Source: an uncultured Acholeplasmataceae bacterium (GTDB lineage: Bacteria; Bacillota_I; Bacilli_A; Acholeplasmatales; UBA5453). From it: a stretch of 64,000 nt of DNA. The notes below the pieces were generated by a model. That model saw only the letters and a program-made list of their open reading frames with translations, did not search any database and was not told where the DNA came from. The stretch's first letter is position 1; the number at the start of each line of letters is the position of its first letter. A program made the translations under genes and the position numbers. Shown here in pieces: positions 44,017-51,390 of this stretch. The DNA lies in NCBI GenBank assembly GCA_964649865.1, contig CAZYSQ010000001.1:13849-77848 (forward strand), in the 5' to 3' direction.

Positions 44017-45236
44017 TGGATCCGCTGTCGGCGATGCTGCTGGCGCTGTGGGTCGCCGGGTACTTCACCCGCAACACGGTGCAGGACCTGGTGTGGAAGG
44101 CGCGGGGGGAGGACCCGCCGTCGGTGCGGCGGGAGCAGGCCCGCCGTGAGCGCCGCGCCGAGCGGGCCGCGGACCCGGGGCCGGGCCGCCGGTTCTGGGG
44201 GCATGTGTGGGCTGACGCGGTCGCGTCGGCGGAGGAGCACCGCGAGCGTGTCGCTGCGCGGAAGGCCCAGAAGCGCCGGGCCCGGTGGTCGGAGCAGGAC
44301 GCTGCCGCGGCGGAGGACGAGGCGTACGAGACCAACGAGCGGTTCGTCCCCGCCGAGGAACCCACCGCCACCATCGAGCCGGCGAAGCGCGACGAAGGCG
44401 TCTGCGACACCTGCAACAGGGCGTGCAAGCAGTCCGTGCTGGTGACCCGGCGCGTGGACGGCTACGGGCGGCTGTGGGTCTGCCCATCCTGTGCTGAGGA
44501 CCTCAAGGCGGGCCGGACGGTGCCGCTCATCGCCGAGCGGGACCAGGCCGATCCTGTCGTCCACGACGAGGTCGTCTGGTACTGCCGGGGATGCGGCACC
44601 CGCATGTGCAACGCCGGCATGGACTCCTACGAGCGCGGCGAGGAACTGTGCCGCGCCTGCCGCGCCATCGAGGACAATGCGGCGGCGCCGCGTCGCTGCC
44701 GCTTCTGCCACCGCACCTTCCCCACCGTGGAGTTGTGGCCCACGCGCACCACGGACGGGCAGACGGTCGGGGCCTGCCCGGACTGCTGGCACGACCAGAA
44801 CACCCACCGCCCCGCACCGGCCACCGTCGACGACGCAGAGCAGCCGGAACCACCCACCACCGCCGACCCCGAACCGGGGGACGCGGAGATCATCCAGTTC
44901 GCCGACTGGCAGCGCCCCGCCACCGGCAGCACCGAGAAGGAGAACAACATGTCCGCTGAGATCACCGGCCTGCAGTCCGCGATCGCCTACGCGACAGGAT
45001 CCGCCGCCGCCGCGGAACGCGCCGCGGGCCAGGACGAGATGGCCATCGCCAACCTCCAGGCCGGCGGTACCACCGGTGCCGCGATCGCGAGCCTGCAGGC
45101 GTCGATGGAGGGCCACACCCAGAACGCCGCCCACTACCGCGCCGCAGCGGCAACGCTGACGCAGCAGCTGCAGGTCAAGGAGGCGTACGAGGCGAACCAG
45201 GGTGCTGGCGAGAAGAAGTTCGTCACCTCCGAGTAG
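44013..45236 (+). CDS. membrane-anchored protein with several CxxC zinc-ribbon units and a C-terminal helical domain
   Basis: N-terminal TM, then CDTCNR..CPSC, CRGCG..CRAC, CRFCH..CPDC. Confidence 0.55.
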   Translation: MMDPLSAMLLALWVAGYFTRNTVQDLVWKARGEDPPSVRREQARRERRAERAADPGPGRRFWGHVWADAVASAEEHRERVAARKAQKRRARWSEQDAAAAEDEAYETNERFVPAEEPTATIEPAKRDEGVCDTCNRACKQSVLVTRRVDGYGRLWVCPSCAEDLKAGRTVPLIAERDQADPVVHDEVVWYCRGCGTRMCNAGMDSYERGEELCRACRAIEDNAAAPRRCRFCHRTFPTVELWPTRTTDGQTVGACPDCWHDQNTHRPAPATVDDAEQPEPPTTADPEPGDAEIIQFADWQRPATGSTEKENNMSAEITGLQSAIAYATGSAAAAERAAGQDEMAIANLQAGGTTGAAIASLQASMEGHTQNAAHYRAAAATLTQQLQVKEAYEANQGAGEKKFVTSE

Positions 45237-45336
45237 CGAATAGGACGCGCTGGCGTTGCGTCCTGGCACCCCGCGCCTGGCGGGGTGTCTCACGGAGCGC
45301 CAGCCCCCTCCCAGCCAGTAGCGAAGGAACAGGGAC

Positions 45337-47388
45337 ATGGACACCACCACGATGGAGCCGCCCGCCACGGTCGGCGCACCCGAGCCCGACCGGTTCACTG
45401 CCGTCCCGGCGCAGCCCGATGCGTCTGCGTCGTCCGGGCGGTGGAACGCGGAGGGCATGGTCGGCCGGGCCCGCACCGACGCCTACGACACTGCGGTGCG
45501 GCTCCGTGCGCAGATCGCGCCGCACGCCGCCGCAGGGGCTGTCTTGGCGGTCGGGTTGGGGATGGACTCTGTCGTCGCCGCAGGTGGCATGTCCGCGCCC
45601 GCTATGGCGTTGACGGCTGCGGCGGTGTCCGCTCCGACCGTCACGGGGCTGGTGTTGCGTGCCCGCGCCCGCGGCTCGGAATGGGTCCGCCGTCTCCTGA
45701 TCGGTGGCGTCGCCGCAGCGGGCTGGCTCGTGGCCGCACCGTTCGGTGTTGAGCCGGTCAGTGTCGCCGCACTCGTCGCTGCCGAGTACGCGGTTGCCGC
45801 GCGGTGGTGGCAGACCCACCGGCCCGGCTACCCCGGCGACGATGTGCCCGAACTGGCCACCGAGGACGCGCTCCCGGAGGAGGAGCCCGTCCCCGAGCCC
45901 CTCACACCGGTCGAGCAGATCGTCGCGGACTGGGACGAGTACATCGCCTGTTCCGGCGGCCCGCTGCAGAACTCCCGGCTGATCGCCCCTCAGCAGCACA
46001 AGCACGGGTTCGCGTTCACGCTGCAGCTGTGGCGGGGCCGGCACACCCTCACCAGTGCGATCGCCGCGCTCGACAAGCTCGCGTCCGGGTTGGACTGCGG
46101 CGTTGATCAGATCATCGTGGAGTCTCACCCGCTGCTGAAGGGGGAGGCGAACTGCCGGTTCCAGCTCATCACCAACTCCCCGATCGCCGGGGACGTGGTG
46201 TTCGATGGGCCCCGCCGCCGCGGCGGACTACTGGAGCTCGGTCCGTATGCGGACGGGTCCGGCGAGGCGCCGTACCGGTTGTACACGCCCGGGTCGATGT
46301 GGTCCGGCGTCATCATCGGCGGCACCGGCATCGGCAAGTCCCGCGTCGTGGAGAACATCATCATCTCCGCGCTGTCCGGCGGCGACACCGAGTTCTGGTA
46401 CCTCGACCCGGCCCGCGGCGGGTCCAGTCCCGCCCTCGCCGAGGCCGCGGACTGGTTCGTCACGATGGACCAAGTCGACGTGTTCCTCGACACGGTCATC
46501 GCGGTCCTGGAGGCCCGCACCGATGAGAACGCCGTCGAGGGGTGGACGGGGTTCACCCCATCGCCCGAGCGGCCGGGACTGCTGATCGGGGTGGAGGAGT
46601 GCCACAACCCGTTCCAGGGGGCTGAACGCGCCGAGAAGTGGGCGAAGATCGCCCGCGAGGGACGCAAGGTCGGGATCTCCCTGCTGTGTGTCTCCCAGTA
46701 CCCCGGTCTGATCACCTTCGGCGGGAACGAGGCGCTGCGGTCCAGCGTGATGGAGGGCAACGCGCTGGTCCTCCGCTCCACCAGCAACCAGACCGGTGGG
46801 CTGATGGCCGGGTTGACTGTCGACCCCAAGAGCCTCCCGAAGATCCCCGGCTACGCCTACGTGCAGGGGTCGGAGGAGACCGGGACGCGCACGGCCCCGT
46901 TCAGGAACCGCAACACCGCGCCCCCGAACGGTCCAGGCGCCGGCCGATGGCTCGCGTCCCAGCCCCGTCCCGGACTCGACGTGCTCGCCGTGACCGCGAC
47001 TCTCGCCGCCGGCCCCGCCTACCAGGACCGGCGCACCTCAACCGACACCGGCCGTGCCGGTTCCCGCGCACGCGTCGAGTCGCTCCGCAATGGGCACCTG
47101 CCCGCCGACATGCTCAAGGGCCGGAAGAACACCGCCGAGGTCCCCACCATCGCCCAGGTGATCGAGTTCCCCCAGTTCCGCCTCATCGAGACAACCACGC
47201 CCGCGTCTGGCCTCAGCGCCTCGCACCAGGCCGTGCTCGACGCGGTCGCCGCCGGCGTCACCCGCCCCGCCGACATCGAGACGGCGGTCGGGTTGAAGCA
47301 CCGCCGTGTCGCCGCGATCCTCGCCGACCTTGTCACCTCCGGGCACCTCACCAAGACCGGCCACGGCCGCTACCAGACCGCGGCCTAA
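45337..47388 (+). CDS. traB: FtsK/SpoIIIE-family DNA translocase, Streptomyces TraB/TraSA-like
   Basis: N-terminal TM region, Walker A GGTGIGKS, Walker B LLIGVEE, and a C-terminal wHTH (VTRPADIETAVGLKHRRVAAILADLVTSGHLTK). Confidence 0.85.
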   Translation: MDTTTMEPPATVGAPEPDRFTAVPAQPDASASSGRWNAEGMVGRARTDAYDTAVRLRAQIAPHAAAGAVLAVGLGMDSVVAAGGMSAPAMALTAAAVSAPTVTGLVLRARARGSEWVRRLLIGGVAAAGWLVAAPFGVEPVSVAALVAAEYAVAARWWQTHRPGYPGDDVPELATEDALPEEEPVPEPLTPVEQIVADWDEYIACSGGPLQNSRLIAPQQHKHGFAFTLQLWRGRHTLTSAIAALDKLASGLDCGVDQIIVESHPLLKGEANCRFQLITNSPIAGDVVFDGPRRRGGLLELGPYADGSGEAPYRLYTPGSMWSGVIIGGTGIGKSRVVENIIISALSGGDTEFWYLDPARGGSSPALAEAADWFVTMDQVDVFLDTVIAVLEARTDENAVEGWTGFTPSPERPGLLIGVEECHNPFQGAERAEKWAKIAREGRKVGISLLCVSQYPGLITFGGNEALRSSVMEGNALVLRSTSNQTGGLMAGLTVDPKSLPKIPGYAYVQGSEETGTRTAPFRNRNTAPPNGPGAGRWLASQPRPGLDVLAVTATLAAGPAYQDRRTSTDTGRAGSRARVESLRNGHLPADMLKGRKNTAEVPTIAQVIEFPQFRLIETTTPASGLSASHQAVLDAVAAGVTRPADIETAVGLKHRRVAAILADLVTSGHLTKTGHGRYQTAA

Positions 47389-47419
47389 CTCCCACACCGC
47401 AACAGGAAGGAACCGACCC

Positions 47420-47671
47420 ATGCGCGCCAACACCTGGGACGACGTGGAGCGTCTCATCCTCACCGCGACCCGCGAGCCCGCCACCGCCCGGCAAGTCACC
47501 GACTCCACTGGCCTCACCGACCGGATCGCCCAGGCGCAGCTCGATGTGTTCCAGCGCCAAGGGCTCCTCATCCAGACCGTGGACGTCGGTGTCCGCTACG
47601 AGCTCACTCTCGCCGGGCGGCAGCGTCTGGCGTCCCTCGACCCCCAGCCCGGCCACCAGGCAGCGGCCTGA
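47420..47671 (+). CDS. winged-helix (MarR-like) small protein
   Basis: ATG 47420. ATARQVTDSTGLTDRIAQAQLDVFQRQGLL. Confidence 0.5.
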   Translation: MRANTWDDVERLILTATREPATARQVTDSTGLTDRIAQAQLDVFQRQGLLIQTVDVGVRYELTLAGRQRLASLDPQPGHQAAA

Positions 47672-47745
47672 CTGGTCTGGTGCTGCGTCCTGGCGGCCAC
47701 TACCCCCGTGGTGGCCGCCTCACGGAACACCAGAACGGAGACACC

Positions 47746-47982
47746 ATGCCTGATAAGAACCGCATCGTCACCCCGTACACCGACCCCAACCGGTTCACCC
47801 CCGAAGAGAAGGCTGCGTTCGACGCCGGCGAATGCTGCTGGGACTGCGGCGACTCCCATTGGGGGCAGCGCGACACCAAGTGCCACGAGCCGAGCGCCCC
47901 CGACGCGCCGATGGGGTACTGCGTCGGCCACGTCGAGACGCTGCTAGAGGACCACTGGCCGGACGGGAGCCCCCGCCGATGA
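47746..47982 (+). CDS. hypothetical Cys-containing protein
   Basis: ATG 47746 (MPDKNRIVTPY...). Confidence 0.45.
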   Translation: MPDKNRIVTPYTDPNRFTPEEKAAFDAGECCWDCGDSHWGQRDTKCHEPSAPDAPMGYCVGHVETLLEDHWPDGSPRR

Positions 47983-48092
47983 GCACCACATGCTCCAGAT
48001 GTGGTGCACCGAAAAGCATCACCCGGGTCTTGGACCCGCTGACCGGCAAGACCGTCAAGAAGGTCACTCAGCCGTGCCGGAGGTGCACGTGA
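47979..48092 (+). CDS. 37-aa zinc-ribbon peptide, not called at this start in the track
   Basis: MSTTCSRCGAPK...CRRCT. ATGA and GTGA coupling. Confidence 0.35.
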   Translation: MSTTCSRCGAPKSITRVLDPLTGKTVKKVTQPCRRCT

Positions 48093-48274
48093 GCCACGTC
48101 AACTTTGACGTAGACGGAAACGGACGCTCAGCGCTCATCACCATCACCGCCTCAGAACGCGGGCAGACCGTCCGGATCCACGCACGCATGGACCAGGACT
48201 CCCTTCGCCGCCTCATCCGGAAGCTGTGCGACCGGGCCGGGCTGCCTGAACCGTGGAAGGAGGAGACACGATGA
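48089..48274 (+). CDS. hypothetical small protein
   Basis: GTG 48089 forms GTGA. Confidence 0.45.
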   Translation: MSHVNFDVDGNGRSALITITASERGQTVRIHARMDQDSLRRLIRKLCDRAGLPEPWKEETR

Positions 48275-48711
48275 GTCTCGCAACGATGGGTGGCGTGTAC
48301 GCCGCTCTCCACGCCGGCCACACCGTGGGCGACTACTGGGGTCAGAGCGACTACCAGGCGCAGGTGAAGGGGAAGCCCGGCACCGACGGGCAGGCCGCGT
48401 GCGCGCGGCACGTCGCGGTCCTCACAGCCACACAGGCAGCGTTCCTCGGTCTCGCCTGCCTCGCCACAGGGGAACGACTCAACGCCCGCCGTGTCGCCGC
48501 TGGGCTGGCCGTGAACGCTCTCTCCCACTACGCCATCGACCGCCGCGACCACGGCGTCATGCCCGTGTTGTGCCGAGCCCTGTGCCGCTACGGCAAGGAA
48601 GACTTCGCCGCGGCTGGCGACGGTCTCGCGACCGGGGCCGCGCTACTCGACCAGGCGTGGCACATCGGATGGTGCGCCATCACCGCAGCCGTCATCGCTG
48701 GAAAGGACTAG
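48271..48711 (+). CDS. membrane protein, DUF3307-like
   Basis: HAGHTVGDYWGQSDYQA resembles the HxxGD(F/Y)xxQ signature of DUF3307. ATGA coupling. Confidence 0.45.
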   Translation: MSLATMGGVYAALHAGHTVGDYWGQSDYQAQVKGKPGTDGQAACARHVAVLTATQAAFLGLACLATGERLNARRVAAGLAVNALSHYAIDRRDHGVMPVLCRALCRYGKEDFAAAGDGLATGAALLDQAWHIGWCAITAAVIAGKD

Positions 48712-48715
48712 CCAG

Positions 48716-48868
48716 ATGAGCAACCCGCCCCCGATCGTGAACGCCAACGTCACCTGCCGCAAATGCGGCCGCAATCAGACCCGCACCTTCCGGGCGAAGC
48801 GCGGAGACACCGTCGTTCTGCGGTGTGAGAGCTGCAACGTTCGGATGACCCTCGTCCTTGAGGGGTAG
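48716..48868 (+). CDS. 50-aa zinc-ribbon protein, not in ORF track
   Basis: CRKCGRN...CESCN. Confidence 0.35.
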   Translation: MSNPPPIVNANVTCRKCGRNQTRTFRAKRGDTVVLRCESCNVRMTLVLEG

Positions 48869-48952
48869 CTACGGGCCCCAGGTCACGTAGGGATTGGGAA
48901 ATCGCGGCAGCGCTAAACATGCGGATGACCTGCGGAAATGAGAGAATAGAGC

Positions 48953-49153
48953 ATGGCTGAGGAAAGCGAATCGGTGAGCATCGATGACCTGTCCGGGGGC
49001 GGTCCTGCCGAACTGTTCCGGCACATCGATGAGGAGTACCGGGCTGCATCGGAGGCGATGGCCCGAGGGGACATGGCGGCGTGGGTAGAGCACGCCGGGC
49101 GCGGTGCGGAACTGTACGAGGAGGCCGCACGGCTGAATGGCTGGCGGGACTGA
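48953..49153 (+). CDS. hypothetical acidic small protein
   Basis: ORF track, after a low-GC spacer. Confidence 0.45.
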   Translation: MAEESESVSIDDLSGGGPAELFRHIDEEYRAASEAMARGDMAAWVEHAGRGAELYEEAARLNGWRD

Positions 49154-49155
49154 AC

Positions 49156-49488
49156 ATGACTGACGACCTCACCCACGCCCGCGAATTCCGGGCCAACAGA
49201 GACGTCCTCGCTACCGTCGATTGCCCGGTCGTGATCGGTGGGCCATTCCCGCCAGCGCCGACGGTGCGGTTCTGCGACCTCGGAGGAGAACGCCTCCCCA
49301 GCGACGCCCACTGGTGGCTGGTTCAGGCCCCAGATCGAAGTTGGGAAGCGGACCGTGGGGCGTCATGTGCTGCCCACTGCGGTGAGGCCCCCGTACCGGC
49401 ACCACTGCGCCGCCCCCGTGACGGTTACAGCCAGGCCGTTGAGTGGATCGAGGACGGACGCCCGTTCGAGGGCACCCGGACAACCTGA
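49156..49488 (+). CDS. hypothetical protein
   Basis: ATG 49156 (MTDDLTHAREFR...). Confidence 0.5.
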   Translation: MTDDLTHAREFRANRDVLATVDCPVVIGGPFPPAPTVRFCDLGGERLPSDAHWWLVQAPDRSWEADRGASCAAHCGEAPVPAPLRRPRDGYSQAVEWIEDGRPFEGTRTT

Positions 49489-49550
49489 GTCATGGGCTCA
49501 CAGAATGCCGATTCCGGGAAGTTGACGACTGAAACGGAGATCACCGGACC

Positions 49551-50570
49551 GTGACCGAACTCGTCCCCCACAGTGCCGCGCCCGCCGGCGGCCCGCTGCT
49601 CGCGCTCACATCTCCTCCACACGGTGCCGCTGACCCGTACCTGGTGTACCGGAACTCCCTCGACAGCGCCGAGTCCAAGACGACCATGACCGCATGCCTC
49701 GACCGCATCGCCCGCATGATCCTCGAAGAGGAGATCGGCGAACCACTCCCCCGTGACCAGACGGTCACCGGCGCAGGCCGGTCCTGGTGGCTCCTCAGAT
49801 ATGAGCACACCTCACGTATCCGCGACCTCCTACTGCAGACAGGCTGGTCCCCCAGCCACGTCAACAAGCACCTGTCCGCGCTCCGACGCGTACTCAAGGA
49901 ATGCCAGTACCTCGGCCTGATGAGCGCCGACCAGTACGAATCCGCCGCACGGATCAAGAACGTGAACGCCAAACGAGAGAAGGCCGGCCGGAACCTCAAC
50001 GCGGACGAGCTCGCGTCGATGCTGCGCGTCTGCGAGAACGTCGAAGGGCCCGCTGGCGTGCGGGATGCCGCACTGATCGGTGTGCTGTGGTGCACGGGCG
50101 CGCGACGGGAAGAGGTCGCGAACATCGTCCTGGAGCGCTACGACGCTGGCACCCGCGCTCTGAAGCTCACTGGCAAGGGCAACAAAGAACGCGCGGTCTA
50201 CATCCACCCGCGGGTACTCCCCCACCTGGAAGCCTGGCTGTCCTTGCTCGGCACCCGTCGGGGGCCGATGTTCCAGCCGGTCGACCGGTGGGGGCATGTG
50301 CGGACGGGAGGGATGTCCAAGCGTGCGGTCGGGATGGTCGTTGCGCGGGTCCGTGCCCGCGCCGGCCTCCCGCCCCTGTCCACGCACGACTTTCGACACA
50401 CCTTCATCGGTGACCTCCTCGACAAGGGCGTCGACCTAGCCACGGTGCAGGCCCTCGTGGGGCACGCGTCCCCCGTCACCACTGCGGCGTACGACCGGCG
50501 TCCTGAGCGCGTCAAGCAGGACGCCGTGGACAGCCTCGACTACCCCGGCAACGACAGGAGTGAGACATGA
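49551..50570 (+). CDS. int: tyrosine recombinase / integrase
   Basis: GARREEV (Arg I), HDFRHTF (HxxR), GHASPVTTAAYDRR (catalytic Tyr), and an N-terminal SAM-like domain. Confidence 0.88.
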   Translation: MTELVPHSAAPAGGPLLALTSPPHGAADPYLVYRNSLDSAESKTTMTACLDRIARMILEEEIGEPLPRDQTVTGAGRSWWLLRYEHTSRIRDLLLQTGWSPSHVNKHLSALRRVLKECQYLGLMSADQYESAARIKNVNAKREKAGRNLNADELASMLRVCENVEGPAGVRDAALIGVLWCTGARREEVANIVLERYDAGTRALKLTGKGNKERAVYIHPRVLPHLEAWLSLLGTRRGPMFQPVDRWGHVRTGGMSKRAVGMVVARVRARAGLPPLSTHDFRHTFIGDLLDKGVDLATVQALVGHASPVTTAAYDRRPERVKQDAVDSLDYPGNDRSET

Positions 50571-50818
50571 CGAAGTGGACAATCGACATGGACGGGCGCT
50601 ATGTGGCGACGTCGGACACCGACACCTCTGGGATGAGGGACCCTGTCCAATGCGCCCACTGCCCCGGTGTCTACGACCTCGCCACCGTCAACGTCACGGC
50701 CCGGTACACGGACTGCTCTATGTGGCGGTCGCCGTGCTGCGGGCTGCTGGTGGATGACCGCGGCGAGACGGGGTGGAAGTCGCGTGGCGACTACGTGCGT
50801 CTCCGCCCGACCAGGTGA
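50567..50818 (+). CDS. hypothetical Cys-rich protein
   Basis: ATGA coupling to int. Confidence 0.5.
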   Translation: MTKWTIDMDGRYVATSDTDTSGMRDPVQCAHCPGVYDLATVNVTARYTDCSMWRSPCCGLLVDDRGETGWKSRGDYVRLRPTR

Positions 50819-51018
50819 AGGCTCCGCCTGCTGACGCCCGGTGGATCTGGGTGTCTCTCCCGCGGGCGACGTTCGCTTTGATCGTGCATGAGGGGCGTGT
50901 GGTGGACGCGGCACCGTACGGGCGCCGGTACCTCGGGTGGGATGAGCGGCGGGCGGCGGATGCGTTGCGGCGGGCCGGGGCCGAGTGTCGTCCACTCCCC
51001 CAGCCTTCGGATGTCTAG
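50815..51018 (+). CDS. hypothetical small protein
   Basis: GTG 50815 forms GTGA. Confidence 0.4.
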   Translation: MKAPPADARWIWVSLPRATFALIVHEGRVVDAAPYGRRYLGWDERRAADALRRAGAECRPLPQPSDV

Positions 51019-51182
51019 GGTTCTCTAGAATCTGCTACACGGTCGTGACGCGCGGCCCGGCGGGTTATCGGGATGCGTACAGTTCCCGGACGGGTTACGG
51101 TCTCGGTAGCACCTCTCCCGAAGTGCTGGGATCGACGGCTACTTCTTGCGGAAAGATCAACGCCGTCGCCCGATCCGTTATC

Positions 51183-51368
51183 GGGAGGGTCGACAACTTC
51201 AGATGGGGTGCCCGAAGTGCAGGCTGGTCCTACTTCCACTGTTAATGGAGAGGTTGCAGGTTCGAGTCCTGTCATCGGTCTTCGACCGGTGTAGCTCAAC
51301 GGCAGAGCACTACGTTGGATCCGCCGACATCGTTGTCGGGCACCTCCTCTGAAGTCGAACCCCCTCCC
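51183..51368 (+). ncRNA. yrlA: YrlA-type bacterial Y RNA: long terminal stem plus a circularly permuted tRNA-like module
   Basis: Terminal stem GGGAGGG/CCCTCCC (51183-89 / 51362-68), TCGAC/GTCGA, CTTCAGA/TCTGAAG, GGTGCCCGA/TCGGGCACC (51207-15 / 51336-44). T-arm GCAGG-TTCGAGT-CCTGT (51256-72). Acceptor-like stem CATCGGTC-ttc-GACCGGTG (51273-91). D-arm GCTC-AACGGCA-GAGC (51294-308). Ends 23 nt before rsr. Confidence 0.72.
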
Positions 51369-51390
51369 CCAGTCGCCTGGGGTTGCAGGA

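Larger units (their letters stand above)
38070..51029 (+). mobile_element. AICE / Streptomyces conjugative-plasmid-like module (Kor-like GntR, Xis-like, WhiB, Spd-like membrane proteins, TraB/FtsK, tyrosine integrase)
   Basis: Gene content, plus an 8-bp direct repeat TCTCTAGA at 38070-38077 and 51022-51029 in the two flanking intergenic regions. The boundary evidence is weak, and no Rep gene was recognised. Confidence 0.5.

Noticed and set aside
43008-45476. 822-aa minus-strand ORF, the longest in the window
   Set aside because: It is antisense to four well-supported plus-strand genes. Its translation is Arg/Gly/Pro/Ala-rich with no motifs, which is a typical high-GC shadow ORF. The same reasoning rejects 40600..42003(-), 39488..40498(-), 51310..53139(-), 60700..62847(+), 57727..58986(+), 2382..3875(+), 4788..5975(+) and 6914..7861(+).
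51256-51308. Canonical tRNA gene suggested by GGTTCGAGTCC T-loop and GTAGCTCAACGGCAGAGC D-arm
   Set aside because: The element order is permuted: the T-arm precedes the D-arm, and the acceptor-like stem is closed by a 3-nt loop. There is no anticodon arm in the normal position and no 3' CCA context. It is better explained as the tRNA-like module of a Y RNA.
49551-51368. Tyrosine-integrase element integrated into the tRNA-like part of the Y RNA, by analogy with tRNA/tmRNA targeting
   Set aside because: By eye I could not find any second copy of Y-RNA sequence elsewhere in the window. The integrase lies on the 5' side of the tRNA-like module rather than the 3' side. Only an 8-bp TCTCTAGA repeat outside the RNA was found. 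I kept this as an open question under the boundary finding, not as a claim.
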